This document shows, piece by piece, positions 1 to 52,278 of a stretch of 64,000 bases of DNA (its first letter is position 1; each line of letters opens with the position of its first letter). The position numbers and the translations under genes were made by a program. The notes beneath the pieces are model-generated. The model did no database searches, was not told the DNA's origin, and was given only the letters and a program-made list of their open reading frames with translations. Source of the DNA: the human T2T-CHM13v2.0 reference genome, Homo sapiens; assembly GCF_009914755.1 (NCBI RefSeq), contig NC_060925.1; one strand, 5' to 3'.

Positions 1-1
1 T

Positions 2-283
2 GGCTGGGCACGGTGGCTCATTCCTATAATCCCAACCCTTTAGGAGGCCAGCTGAGACAGTTCGAGACCAGCCTGGCAACATAGCAAGATCCTGGCCCTA
101 CAACAAATTTTTAAAAATTAGCCGGGCATGGTGGCACATGCCTGTGGTTCCAGTTACTCAGGAGGCTTAGGTGGGAGGATCACTTGAGCCTGGGAGGTCG
201 AGATTGCAGTGAGTGGTGACTGTGCCACTGCACTCTAACCCCAGGCAATACTGCAAGACTGACTCTGTCTCAAAAAAAAAAAA
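2..283 (+). mobile_element. Alu (J-like)
   Basis: Dimeric Alu with A tail. Confidence 0.9.
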
Positions 284-460
284 ATGTTGGAGAGAAAGCC
301 GGGGGCGGGGGTGTTTAAAAAATAGGTTGAAAGTGAAAGGAAGGCTGGGCACAGTGGCATTTGCCTGTAATTCCAGCTACTTAGGAGGTTGAGGCAGGAG
401 GATCACTTGAGCCCAGAATTTCAATTACAGCCCAGGCAACATAGTGAGACGCAGCCTCTA

Positions 461-889
<429 letters not shown>

Positions 890-1458
890 TTAACATCAAA
901 AAAAGTTATTATTAGAGACAAAGGAGGACACTATATATGTATATATTAATAAAACACTTAATATAGCAAAAGATATAACAATTATGAACATTTAGTTACC
1001 TAATAACAAATCATCAAAATATATGAAGCAAAAATTGACAGAGTTGAAGGGAGAAACACTTCTAGAATGATAAAGTCTTCAATTTTCCACTTGCAGTAAT
1101 GAATAGAACTAGAGAGAAGAATAGAGGACTTGAACAACATAATAAACCAACTAGATCTAACATACGTTCCAAACACTCTACACAATGACAATGAAATACA
1201 CATTCTCCTCAGGTGCACATGGGATATTATTCAGGATAGATCATAGGTTAGGCTAAAACTTAAGTTTCAATAGATTTAAAATGATAGCTATCATATCAAG
1301 TGTCTTCTCTGACCACAAAGTATGAAGTTAGAAAGAAATAATAGAAGAAAAACTAGAAAAATTACAAATTTGTAGAAATTAAACAATTTGAGTGTATTGT
1401 TTAATAAGAACCAATGGATCAAATAAGTCACAAGGGAAATTAGAAAATACTTGGAGAA

Positions 1459-2078
<620 letters not shown>

Positions 2079-2295
2079 TGCTTAGAGATAAATGAAAAAC
2101 AAAAACTCAACATACCAAAACTTATGGAAACCAGTGAGAGCAATGCTAAAGGAGATATTTATAGCCATAAATAAACACATTAAAAAACAACAAGGAAGAT
2201 CTCAAATCAACTACCTAATTTTGCAATTTAGAGAACTAGAAAAAAAAGACAAACTAAACTCAAAGCTAGCAGAAGGAAAGATTAGAGCAGAGATA

Positions 2296-2625
2296 GGCTG
2301 GTTACGGTGGCTCACACCTGTAATCCCACCATTTTGGGAGACAGAAGTGGGTGGATGGCTTGAGCTCAGGAGTTTGAGACCAGCCTGGGCAACATGATGA
2401 AACCTTGCCTCTACAAAAAATACAAAAATTAGCCAGGCATGGTGGTGTGCACCTGTAGTCCCAGCTACTCAGGAGTCTGCGATGGGAGGATCGCATGAGC
2501 CCGGGAAGTCAAGGCTGCAGTGAACCAAGATTTTGCCACCGCACTCCAGCCTGGCCAACAAAGCAAGACCCTGTCTTAAAAAAAAAAAAAAAGTAAAGAA
2601 AAGAAAAAAAAAAAGAAAGAAAAAA
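2296..2625 (+). mobile_element. Alu (J-like)
   Basis: Full dimer with long A tail. Confidence 0.9.
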
Positions 2626-2629
2626 TAAT

Positions 2630-3056
2630 TGCAGAGAATGCATAAAACAAATTAGCTCTCTCTAAAAGATGGGAATATAAAATGATACAACTACCTTGGA
2701 AAAATAGTTTGGCATTCTCTTAAAAAGCTAAACATACTCCCCACCATTCCACTCTTAGGAATATACCCAAATGAAATGAAAGCATGTGCCCACATAAAGA
2801 CTTGTATATATTGTAGCCACTTTAATTGTAATAATAGCTCCAAACTGGAAATAACTCAAATATTTATCAAAAGATGAATGTATAGGTTCATACAATGGGG
2901 TATTACTTAGTAATAAAGAATAAACACACAACAAAAAGGATAAATATTGAAATAATTATCTGAGTGAAAGAAGCCGGAGCCTAAAAAGTACATAGTCTGT
3001 GATTCCATTTATATCAAGTAGTAGAAAATGCAAAGTAGTTTATAGTAATAGAAACA
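2630..3056 (+). mobile_element. Old L1M 3'-end fragment
   Basis: CCATTCCACTCTTAGGAATATACCCAAATGAAATGAAAGC...TGATTCCATTTATA motifs. Confidence 0.7.
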
Positions 3057-3057
3057 T

Positions 3058-3350
3058 GGCTGGGTGCAGTAGCTCACATCCATAATCCCAGCACTTTGGG
3101 AATGTGAGGCAGGTGGATCACTTGAGGTCAGGAGTTCAAGACCAGCCTGACCATCATGGCAAAACCCCATCTTTACTAAAAATACAAAAACTAGCTGGGC
3201 ATAGTGGTGTGCACCTGTAATCCCAGCTACTCAGGAGGCTGAGGCAGGAGAATCGCTCGAACCCGGGAGGTGGAGGTTGCAGTGAGCTGAGATCGTGCCA
3301 CTCTACTGCAGCCCAGGCAATAGAGCAAGGCTCCATCTCAAAATAATAAG
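3058..3350 (+). mobile_element. Alu (S-like)
   Basis: Full dimer. Confidence 0.9.
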
Positions 3351-4139
3351 AAAGGCCATTTAAGGAGAATTTGTCATTTGTATATCACTTTCTTTCTCAT
3401 TTTTGTAAACATTGCTTAAAACAGGCTTCATGTGCTCATTATATAATTTTTGAAATACATACTTTTAAAACACTCAAGTAATAAGTTTATACAATTTTAA
3501 ACCAATTTTGTGGTATTTTAATATCTAGTAATTCTGTTAATTTGAATTGTAATGAACAATCTTGTCACAGAAGAGAAAATAATAAACAATATTGTTCTAC
3601 TTGTGCAAGAATTTTGAAATGTATCCTGAAATTATATGATGGCATTTTGAAAAGATTACTCTTGACTTCCACATTTGGTAATGTTGGAGCAGCTCTTCTG
3701 CTGAAGACAGCTAAGAAAACTATACAAAATACTTTAAAAAATCTTTCTAGATGCAAAATATACAAAAATCTTGAGAGATTTCCAGGCTTGGGTCCAGGAG
3801 AACATGGTAATGTAGGAAAGTAAGTCTGATGCTCAGGGTTGCTTTTGCCCTCGAATTATTTGCTAATCTCTTAGAGGGAACTGAGAGACTGAGTGTTGAT
3901 TTGGAAGCATAAGCGTTTGCTTATCTGGGAGGGGCAATCGTACGGTGATAGAGGAAAACATCTAGATACAGTCTGGTAACCTTTATAGACTACCCAATGC
4001 TTTGAGTTGGGGACCCTGGATAAATGTGCCATAGTGGTAACTTAAGCTGACACTCACGTGGATTGCAACCTGACTGAAGACCCAGAAATCTTTAGTCCTG
4101 AACTTAGATAAAAGTGATCCTGGATTGCTGGCGCCCTTA

Positions 4140-4528
<389 letters not shown>

Positions 4529-4724
4529 GCCTTACCTTTAAGGGTATAACATTTGGTATCTAAATTTAATGTCTGGAGGATCTGATAGATCCCCCACTGT
4601 AGGTGAACCAGGGCTTTCCCTTCTTTCCCCATTCTAGGAGATATTTAAGTGTGCTTAGATTTTTAAATGTCCCCTGAGAAGAAAGCTTCTCTAACTTTCC
4701 TAAGACATTTTTTAACTTTTAATC

Positions 4725-5020
<296 letters not shown>

Positions 5021-5625
5021 TTTACTTTTAATCTTGAAATAATTTCAGAGAAAAGTTGCCAGAACAGTTCAAAGAATTCCCATACGTCCTTCACTTCGAT
5101 GGTTCAATTAGTATTATACTGCAAATATTTCATATAACTTCTTGCGCATCTCTGTATATTTTTTTTTCTGATGCCTCTTTATCCTCTTGTATTTCCTTAA
5201 AAAAACAAAGACAGTGTTCTACAAAACCACAAGGTAACTGTCAAGCTCAGGACATTAACTTTGCTGTGATACTACCGTCTAAACCACAGATATAATTCCA
5301 GTTTCACGGTCATCCCAACGTGTCCTTTATAGGTCCAGAATCCAATCCAGGATCACTCATTGCATTTTGTTGTAATATATCCTCAATCTTTCCTTGTGTT
5401 TCTTAGCTTTGACAGTTTTGAAGGGTACAGGTCAGTGATTTTATAAAACAGTCCCAATTGTGTTTTTCTGTCTCTTCATGATTGATTCAGGTTATGCACC
5501 TATAGCAGGAATATCATGCAAATGATGTTGTGCTGTGGTTTTCTCCATGCACTCCAGCAAGGGGCATCCGTTTCAATTTGTCCCGTTCCTGGGGTAACTC
5601 TTATCACTTGATTAAGATATGTCTT

Positions 5626-6009
<384 letters not shown>

Positions 6010-6885
6010 TTAATAAGTTATTCATATAGTCATTTTACTGTAAGATAGAACTTTTTCTTTTCCCCCACTTAATCAAATTGGTAAGGACTAGTAGATTCTT
6101 ATTTGTATCCAGTGAGTTGAAACCCATTATTCATTATTATTTATTTTGATGCTCAAATTATCCCAGATAAAGCAAGTGGGACCACCTTTAATCCAGCTTC
6201 TGGATCCCTTAGACACATCATCATCATTCGTTGAGCACTTTTTGCTTCTGGAATACCAAGATGCTCCAAGTTTCTTTTGTAGTTTCTCTACTCCAGTTCT
6301 GAAATCAGTCATTTTTCCTTGGAGCCTGGTCACTTTTAGTGGAGAATGGTATTTAGAAACCAAGATATGGCTTAGTGGCTTAGGTGTGCCCATTGCTACT
6401 GGGGTATCATGACTGCTAAGCCTTCCTAGGGGGTACAGCTCATGGATATATGCATCACACGTGTGCACACACACACCCGTATTCATTTCAATATGTATCT
6501 ACATATGTTAAAAACCACAAGTTCATCCAGATACCCCCAACTGGAATTCAACACCACAGAATTTACTCTAATTTTCCCCCTTTCCATCTTTGTAAGCCTG
6601 GCTCCCATTTTCTTCAGGATATTTGCATATTTGTTTAATCCCCTTATATGTAACTAATCTCCAGCCATGCCAGCCAACCACTCCTCAGCGTTGCGGTGAC
6701 CTCATGGGCCACCATGTGGCTGAAAGGGAGAGGAAAAGCTCTTTAGGCTTTGACTTGGTGATTCCATAGGATCCTTGTCAGCCTTTTGAGGCGTTGAAGA
6801 ATTTTTTACACTTCACCCATTTTTAGTTGTTTTCAACAGGAGGGTTGGCCAGAATGAAATTGCCTGCAGTATTCTCATAAGTTGA

Positions 6886-7435
<550 letters not shown>

Positions 7436-7604
7436 GATCATGCTTAGTTGTAGCTCCTCATAATTTGCCAGCTGTAGACAAAAATCATAAAATGAACCAC
7501 TTTCAATATACCTAATATGCAAATGACGGAGGAAAACAGGACAAGGTCAATTGAAATTCTCCCCTCAAAAAGGAGAAGCACCACACAGCTCTCACCAGCT
7601 TCAC

Positions 7605-7765
7605 TGGTGTTTCTCAAACTTCACTGTGTGTCTGAATCACCTGGAGATCTTGTTAAAAATGCCACGTCTGAGTCACAGGGTCTGGGGCGGGGCCTGTGAA
7701 TCTGCATTTCTAATGTTTCCAGGTGATGCGTTGCTGCCATCTGAGGGCTGTGCTTTGAGTAGCAA
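7605..7765. mobile_element. MER5-like hAT DNA transposon remnant
   Basis: GTTTCTCAAACTT...GAATCACCTGGAGATCTTGTTAAAAATGC...GAATCTGCATTTCTAA. Confidence 0.65.
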
Positions 7766-9219
7766 ATCTCTGGAGTGTCCATCATCCTTACTTCCCTGGT
7801 CAGGAGGATTATATTATATGATACAACCAGCAAACCTTAGAGGTATTTTTAAACCTTTTATTTTTTTAATTTACAAACATACATAAGGAGAACCCCTAAG
7901 TACCACTGGGGTTCACCCATCTTATTTTATAACTTTCACTGCCTCTGAACTTTTTCTTTGTTATTTGAAAGCAAATGCAACCATTATATCATTTCAGCAT
8001 GCACCCCTACCAGATAAGAATAATAAGAAACAAAAAAAAAGTATCATTATCACACAAAACTAACAATATTTGTAACACAAAATTAACAATAACTCCTTGA
8101 TAATCTAGTAGTCAGTCCATACGCTCTATTCTCAGCTGCACAGTTTTTGAGCCTCTTCCCAAGCAATAGCATATTTTCCTGATCAGCTTCTCCAGGGGCT
8201 CAGGTTCACTCCTTTTTGCTGAACATCTTCTGTTTCTGTGCTCCTTGGCCCTGGGGCTGAGTACATGGGTGTATTCCTCCTACAATCATATTTTATGGCC
8301 TGCCAATTTCCTTCTGGGGTGGGGGGGGCGGGGAACAGGACGACTCTGTTTAGTAATACACAATGCTTTAGAATAAGGCAAAAGCCTTAGAATCATGCCT
8401 TTTGAGTCTGAGCCCTACCTTCCTGGGTCTCTCCCCAGTCCTTTAGCCTTAAGGCTAGGACAGTAAACAACAACCTGGACATGACGCCCGGATTATCAGC
8501 CCTGCCTCCAGTTGGCAGCCCAGGTGGCCTTGTTGTAGATATATGAGTGGGTTTGCTTCAGGAGAAGCCTGTGGGAACAGGCATCTCAGTCTTTTAGCTT
8601 CAAATTCCTCTGGTTTTTTCCCAGATATCTTCTCATTGCCAGGATCTCACTACATTTTAAATCAGTGTGTTAGTTGGTTGTTTAATTCAGCGAGACGTGT
8701 GGTTCTCTGACCCTCTGCATCTTTAATCCCTGGCTATAGGCAGAAAGGGCTTCCCCTAAGGAACAGACTGAAGCTTGTTCCCACTTTGCCATCAGGCACC
8801 CCCTCCAGCGCTCCCGCCGCCCCCCGCCACTTGCATGTATCTTGTCTGTCTTGCAGCCTATCCCTGAAACCCACAAGAAGTAGCCAGCACACTCTATCCT
8901 CGCATTCTCCATTGGACCCTGAATCTCAAGAGAGAATGACGTGTGGTTTCCTGGCCAGCTGCTTCATGACCAAATAGCAAGGACTGCCCAACACCCAGCC
9001 TAGAATAGGAGGATGATCCCACCCCTGCTCCACTGGCACCATATAACAGGATTCCGCAAGGCTGTGCTGAGTTTCCAGGTTCCAAATCCTGTTAGGTAGG
9101 GCTCTTCTGGCTGTGTGGGACAGGATTCAAACTCAACGTTTTTTCAGCCAAAAGGGGAATTGATTGGGAAGATGTGGGCGTGTCACAGAACAGCCTGGTA
9201 TTGGGAAAGGCAGGAGTGA

Positions 9220-9862
<643 letters not shown>

Positions 9863-11575
9863 CTCCACCTCTTCCCTTGTGGGTTCTTTTCTCCCTCTGC
9901 AGACCTCACAGAGTCACCTGGGCTTGAGGCCTCATAGAGGAGCCCTCAGTGCTGACCACACACTACAGTCCCCTGAGGAGCTACATGACTTCTGATGCCA
10001 GGTCCACCCAGACCAATGAAATAAGAGTGTCTGGGGTTGGAGCCTAGGCATTGTGCCCCCAGGTGATTCGAATGTGCATGCAGGGTTGGGAACCATTGCA
10101 CTATAGCTTCAGGCACCCAGAGGAGAAACTCCTGCAGTTCTCATTCATTAGAGGGGCAGGACTCTGGGGAACCTATTTAGGGTCAGGTGGCCACATCCTC
10201 TGACCAGAGGCTGGACAAGTCCCTGTTGTGCCCCGGTGGATGTGCAGCACCGGCCAGGCCAGGCGCCGAGGGGTCAGTCCCCCAGCAGCTCCCTGCCATT
10301 TGTGTCATTCCTCCCCTCCCTGCCCTTGACTGCAGTGTACATGGCAGTCATCTCATCTGACTTGGTTTCCGTCACTTTCCCTCTCAGAGTCAAGCTCGAA
10401 GGAGAAGCTGAGCTGCGTTCTTGAGATCTGGGGACGTGGTGGGAGATGTGGTCACAAGGCAGGTGGTGGAGGAGGCCAGAATGGAGCTGGCCAAGGAAGG
10501 TGCGTGGCAGGGAAGGGGAGGTTCTGTGATGGATGCTTTCCCCAGAAGCCTGATACGCAGTGGCCAGGGAGACTGAGTCCCGGGAGAGGGTTTGGGGTGG
10601 GAGAGGTCTGAGCATGAGGGGCAGGGCACACTCTGGTTCAGGGAGATGTAGGACAAAGGACTCTGGCCTTGGGACTGATCTGGGCTGGTTTCCTTACATT
10701 CCTCTCAGGCCCTTCCCCCTGTATGCTAAGGGGGGATGGTACCTGGACTTCAAGACCAAAAGCCCTTCTCTGACCGCACTGCTGAGTGCAGCAGGCAGCT
10801 CCACCCACAGTCTCTGGGCAGCCCCAGGCTGTCCCCTCCCCACTCTGATTCTAGGACAAAGACCTTGGACCTCAGCTGGATGCTGGGGATCAGGAGAGGA
10901 GGAATGGTAGGTGTGGAAACAAGGGGCAGGATTCGGGGTGAGCAGAGCTGGGGGCTGCAGACCTTGCTCAGGACAGTCCTAATGCCTGCAAGCTCCTAAC
11001 GCCCTCCCCACATTCCCTTTTCTACATGGGGAGCTCCTACACTGTGTCCCCTCACCTATCGCTGATCCCCAGCATCCAGCTGGAGGGCCTTCCAGGAACT
11101 GTCCCTTCCCTTAGGAGGTCTCTGGAGCACAGTAACAGGGGCAGGGTTTACTACCTTGGGGCCTCTTTCCACACCAGGGGCTCCCTGACCCTGGGGACTG
11201 CTCCTAGAGCTGGGCCAAGCCTCAGGGGCAGCCTCCAGGAGTGAGTGGGATCTCCTATCAAGGAGGACTTTGTGCCAAGGCCAAGGCCAGGCTTGGGAGG
11301 GGGGTCCCTAGACAGAGGGTAGGACCTCTGAATTATTTCTTGCTTAGCCCTGGATGTGCTATGTAACCCACCCTGGACCTCTGTCTCCTCATCTTTCTGC
11401 CCAAGAGCCCCAGGGGTCAGCACTGACCACTCTGACACAGGCCCCGTCCAAGCCACGCTGAGGACAGACCGAATGATACCATGATTGGGGCTGGATGTTC
11501 ACTTCTCTTTCCAAAAAAATATGAAACACACAGTCTAGGTATGGCAGGGGACAGAGCCTGGCTGGGGACTGGACA

Positions 11576-16950
<5,375 letters not shown>

Positions 16951-19900
16951 TTTCCCCACAGGGAAACCCCTTTAGGAACCTGATTCGGGTGTCCTAAAAT
17001 TCGGATAATCCCTAACCCAAACACCAGCCCTGGGAGGATGGACTTTGCTCTTGCAAGGCTGATCTAACCCTTGGGGTTTTCTGCCCTTTGACTTTAGGAC
17101 AGAAGGGAAAGGAATGCCAGTTTGCAGCGGGTAAAACTAGAGTTAGATGTCAAGGATAACTTTTTGGCAGGGGCTCTGAAGCTGGATGTGGGGAGGCTGA
17201 GCTAGCGGTGGGGTGTTGGGAAGAGGGGTCATGGGTACCTGGGAGCTGTGTGTGCCAAAAATCAGGGAGGCCAGACCAGGAAATATGTACTGTGGGGTCT
17301 TTTTGAGATCTGAGGGGGACAGAAAAGGGGCCCTATCGAGGCTGGGCCAGCGCTGGCTGCCGGCCAGCAAGGGGCCTGGTGGGGAGCTGGGGAGACAGCC
17401 CCAACCTTCTGGCATCAGCCTGAAGGAAGGCGGATTGCTCAGCCCCTTAATCCCCTTGCTGGCTGGCTTAGTAGCTCCTGCTGGGACTGGAACACTGGGC
17501 CCTGGCCCCCAACTCTAGAGCAGCCTGGCGCGGAGCAGTGGCCTCTGCACATTCCCGGGGTTCAGGCTGCCCGCTCCGAGCACCCCCACCTCCCTCTTCT
17601 CTCTCCCAGTCTCTCTTGGTCTTCAGGAGTAGGGGAATGTTTAACTCTCTTCCACCTCATTAGCAATCCCCTCACGTTCAAGTGGGCCCCACTGCAGCGT
17701 GGGTGCAGAAGGAATGTCACAACCCTGCTTCCACTCCTGCCAGCCCCCCGCCGCCCCCTCCGTCCCCAACAGCCCACCCACCCTTCCTGGACTGCACTGG
17801 GGGAAGGCAGGGTCCTGCTGCAGACCCCTGCTGGCTTCCTCCCCCACAGCCCCAACCCCCCTCTGAAGGGACAAGTCCCCAGCCCGCTCTTGCATTCTTC
17901 ACGTGGCTATGCAAACGAGAGGGTGCCAGGCGCTGAGCAGACAATGGCAGCCCTGTGTGCCCGCCCAGGGCGTAGGCCTCTGGTATGGCCTGCAGCTCTG
18001 GCCAGAGATGGGGGAGTGGTCTGCCATCTGAGGGTCAAGGGTGGGCACTGCTTGACCTGTGGTGGTGCACACTGGGACCCTCAGGCTCTCTGTGCTGGGA
18101 GGGTCAGAGCCACGTGGATCCGAGCACACACAGACCTGCTTCCTGGACGACCTGTGGGTCCCAAGACCAAATGGGGTCTAGGACAGTGGCAGAGAAGTAA
18201 GTCCTGAGCTCAGATTCTTCTACCACAATGACAAGACAGTAGGATTGAGGGGAGCCTCCTCCATCCTACTGGGGCCGCAATGGGCACCCTGTGACCAGTG
18301 CATTAATTTAAGCATGTGGGCCACTGTTGCAGGCAGCAGGCCTCCTAACAGTAAGGAGACCACGGCAGAGGGAGGTAATAGACCCCCAGCCAGGAAACAG
18401 CAGGAAGGGCTTTCCGCTTGAAACTGTGTGGTGCTGGCCCCTGTGGTCTCTCTCCCACACTCCTCCCTTTTTGAGGGAGGCACCAGGTCCAGATTGAAGG
18501 GGGCTGCGGGCAGTGACAAGATGCTCCCCAGGGGTGACCTGAATGACTGTGGTGCCTCAGGGTCCTCACTCTAAATGGGAGGTTTGCTTCATGGAGTTGT
18601 GGTGGTCCGTTAAAGTAAGCGATGTCTGGGGAGGGCAGGGGCCTGGTGCTGGGTAGCTGCTCCGCATATGCTCCTCCAAAGGCAAAGTCCTCCTTCTCTC
18701 CACGCTGGGCCTTGGCCCCTTTTCCCCGCCATCTGCAGGCGCTCTCTCTGTAGGGAAGATCCAGGGGTCATTCTGGTTTCAGGGGGACCTGGGTCAGGAG
18801 CCCAGAGGCCAGTCAGAAGCATGCCTCAGAGACCATGGGCTGCGGCCCCCTCCATTGACAATTTGAGGGCCAAAGAGAGAAAGGGAGCCACGGGTCCACA
18901 GGGCCACAGAGCCAGCAGGAGGCCTGCATGCTCCTCCATCCTGGGTGTTCCCAGAGCCTCTTCGTGATCCGGAACAGTGCTCTCCTCTTCCTCTGAAGTG
19001 CTTCTGTTTATCCCTTCTCTTTGTTATTTGAGGCTTTGAGTCTGTTCTACCAAAATATTCTCTCCTACCCTGACGGCCTTCCCTCATTCTTGTTCCAAAG
19101 CCTTTTGGAATTCAGATTCTGCTTCTGGAGCGGCATTCCTTAACCTGGCACAGCTTCTCCACCCAGGACACCTACCACTCCTGGTGCCCCCCCTTGCAGT
19201 CCAATGACTCCCAGACATGCGGGGAGAACAGGAAGGCTCAGGGTCACAGCCCAGCCTCCATTAAGAGCTCACTGAAACTGCCCTGGGGTAGCACAGCACC
19301 CTGTGCTTTCACTCAGGCTATGAGAAGCCTACAGTTCTAGCTTTACCCCTGCCACTGAAAAGCTATGGGACATTAGCCAAATCCTCAGCTTCCCTGGGCC
19401 TGGTTTCTCCATTGAAAAGTAGGGATAATAACACTTGCCCTGTCTGATGCATGAGGGAGTTTACAAGGATCAGATGATAGGTGAGAAAGGCTGTTTGAAA
19501 GCATAAAACGCCTGCAGAACTGTGACTAATGAAAGCTCTGTTCCAAAAAGACTCCCCGCACAGTCTGCCCCTCCAGCCTTCGCACTCTGGGAGTGGGCAG
19601 ACTGCCTGTGGCTGAAGACCCACTGCCACTTCCTCTGCAACAGTGCCTGACCGAGAGCCAGCCTTGCTAGGTATGTGTTGATCATTGACTGATTGGTATG
19701 AGGATTCAATGCTTTTGCCTCCCTCCCTGTGAAAAATCGGAGACCTTTCCACCGCCCTCTCTCATTGTCAGTTAGGAGGGTCCGATTCAGTCTTTAGCAA
19801 TCTAGCACCTTCTCTGCAATCATCATTTGAAATTTTGGAGTTCTTATCACCCTCCCAACTCAGAGTCTGAGATTCCCGGAACTATAAGCTTGGAATGGAG

Positions 19901-21017
19901 ACTACTTGCCTCAGGGCGCACAGCTAGAAAGCAATACAGCCAGCTGTGTGGCCACCCCCAACGATTCTGCCTGCCCAGGCACGGCTAAGCATCCTGATCT
20001 GCAATCCCATCATACTCTTGGCATATTTCCATTCACTGCACTTATTGCGTCGTTTACCTCCTTCCTAAGGTCCCTGAGCACCTTGAGACTGTGTTAGCAG
20101 ACACATTTTTGTGTTCCACCCTCTCGCCCGGGCCCTGCGCCTCTGTGACACATGTGGCTGTCCCATTTACCTGTGCTAACCACACTGAGTACAGCATCTG
20201 TCTCTTGATGCCCCTGCTGAGAGCTCTGCTAGATGCCTGGGGCGCCAGAGACCAGCGGCGTCTTCCACATCCAAATCTTCACTGTGTTTGAGGAGTTGCC
20301 TTTCATCCCCTCCAACCCTCCCATGGGCTCTCTCCTTTCTTCTCAAGCAGTCATCCTCTCATTGCTCGCGCGCCCTTGCATGTGCGTTACCAAACGCAGA
20401 CCGAAATCACAGTCGCATCTCAGCCGGGCTGCCATCACCCCATGCTTCCAGGAGGACTCGCCCCACTCTATATACACTTATCTTGGGCCTGCTGCCTTGA
20501 AAACATCTGGCCTTTTGTGAGCTCAGTTAAGAGGCTGCTGCCTGTATCTGTTTAGCATAAGTTGAAACTGTAAAGTCATCTGCCTTGATGTGGAAACTTC
20601 TGGAAAACCAGAATTAGGCTGATGTAGTCTTCTGTAATGTTGATGTCTACCATGGGCTAAGTGTCGTGCTGGTTGCTTTGTGAGCATTCCCTTGTTCATC
20701 CGCTCAACCATCGCGGGAAGGACTGTGATTCCATTCCGCTGGTGAGGAAACACATACAGGTTCCCTAACTTGCTGGAGGTCACACAACTCCACGTGGTGG
20801 AAGTGGGAGTGTCACCCAGCTCAGTGTGTGGGTAAAGTTCATGCTTTTTGCACTAACGTGGTCCTCTCTGTACGCCGAGTGAGCCACCCAAATAGGATGG
20901 CGGGGATCAACCATGATAAAAGGAGGAGTGACTGTCTTGACTGGATCATTCCCACCAGCCAACTAACACGCAGTGCTATCTCCCAGCTCAAAAAATAATC
21001 GTTTCCTAAAAAACAAT

Positions 21018-22025
<1,008 letters not shown>

Positions 22026-22124
22026 TCACCATACTCTTTCTTGACCAATCTACACCGCCACATTGGCTTCCTTGTTTTTCCTCCACCTTGGACCCTGACT
22101 TGTTTTATTTTCTACCTCTAAGGG

Positions 22125-22127
<3 letters not shown>

Positions 22128-22162
<35 letters not shown>
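22128..22162. repeat. (CA)n microsatellite
   Basis: About 17 CA units. Confidence 0.95.
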
Positions 22163-22165
<3 letters not shown>

Positions 22166-22882
22166 TTACATGTGTTATCTGTTTCTCCTACAAAATACAA
22201 GCTGTATGAAGGTGGGGACTTGTTCACTGCCACGTTCCCAGCACCAGGCACTTAGCTGGTGCTCAGTAAATACATATTGATTGATGGAAGAAGTGAACAC
22301 TCATGTGCAGGTTCCTACACTCAACGCCCTGTGGCATCTCAAGCACAGTAAAAGCTCTGGACCTAGTACCAGGGATGTAGCCAGAGGAGCTGAATCTCCA
22401 TTTCCAGTGTTTCCTAGAGTGTGTCTTCCTGCACAGGGAGGCCGAGATACAGGACACTGAGGCCAGACGGCAGAGCAGGAAGCATGTGGCTGACATAGGG
22501 GTGACGTGCCAGAGCACTGCTGACCGCCGCTCCCTGCCAGAAGAGGATTAACAATAATCCCAACCATTCACCCAGAGCTTTACCGTTTACAAAAGTGTTG
22601 TCACATCCGATATTGCATCTGGGCCATACAGCTGCCCCAGAAGGTGAGCAGAGGGAGGACTATGATCCCCATTATACAGATGACAACCCCGAGGTGCTGA
22701 AGGTTAAGTGTCTGGCCTGTGGCTGCACAGCAAGTGGTTGAGCCAGGTGCCAAGCCAGGACTTCTCGTCCCACACCTGCCACTGGGTCCTGCCTAGAGCA
22801 ATTTTTATCAAGTGAGACCTCTGGGACAGAATGGGCAAATTTCCATTGTCTGAACAAACCAAGTAAAAAAAACCATGAATCA

Positions 22883-22888
22883 TTTATT
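22883..22888 (-). terminator. P3H1 polyadenylation signal AATAAA
   Basis: TTTATT on + strand ~300 nt past the stop, followed on the - strand by a U/GU-rich tract (GGTTTTTTTTACTTGGTTTG). Confidence 0.85.
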
Positions 22889-23186
22889 CTTTGGTTGTCT
22901 ACACAGACACTTAAGTACTGTATCGCTGTCATGCAGCGGCCTGTGGAGGCCCCTGGGGGTGGCTGGGCCTGTGTCCTGAGCCCTCAGCCAGATCCAGGGG
23001 GTGCGGTGTCTGGTCATGTCCACTCCAAGAGCAGTAGCACCATGTAGAAGGCTGTGAGCAGGGTCCCCTCGGCTGAGTGGCAGATGTAGGCTCACTGCTC
23101 TGCAGCCCCGAGGGGCTGGCCAGCTCAGAGTGCAGAAGAGTTCCTCTCCATGGGTCTAGTCACCCATCCGTCTGACCTGGACGCTG

Positions 23187-43461
<20,275 letters not shown>

Positions 43462-43700
43462 CGCTCCCTCAGACCTAACGGAACCGCCAGCCACCCGCCA
43501 CCAAGGCCGGAGTCCTACCCCCGGCGAAGGCCCGCCCCCGGGCGAAGCCCCACCTTCCAAGCCGGGCGGCGCATGCCCACGAGGCTTGCACCGCCTCTTT
43601 TCCTTTCAGTCAGCCCGGATCCCCCCACCGGCCCTCAGCGAATCCCGGCGCGTCAGCCGGAGCCCCGCCTCCGAGCTCAGGCCTTGCTCAGTCGAACTGA

Positions 43701-51884
<8,184 letters not shown>

Positions 51885-52247
51885 GAGTGGGCTTTGACAA
51901 ACAGCTCTCACAGGACCTGGCTGTCAACCTCCTTGTTGCCCCCACTGTTGCCTTGAGAATTGAAGACATGTAGGTGACTCACAAACTTCTTGGAAAGAGA
52001 CCCTGTGTGAATGTAAATGCTGTCATTATGACTTTTAATTGGGATGGGAATAATCATTGAGACAGAGTCACTGTCTTTCGGGATCCTCTTTGGACCACAG
52101 ATACCCAAGTCAGTCAGTTTCAGAGTATTGGCCAGTGTACTTTCCTTCTTCCTCTCCATCACTTCTTCCCTTAAGTTAAAGTGTTAGAGAAGACCTTCTT
52201 CCCATAAAAAGGTTGGTGGATCGTTTTCCAGAGAGAACTGTTTTCAG

Positions 52248-52251
<4 letters not shown>

Positions 52252-52278
<27 letters not shown>
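52252..52278. repeat. (TA)n microsatellite in C1orf50 3' region
   Basis: About 13 TA units. Confidence 0.95.

Noticed and set aside
19873-19881. Perfect STAT/GAS motif TTCCCGGAA
   Set aside because: A single 9-mer is plausible by chance in 64 kb without supporting context
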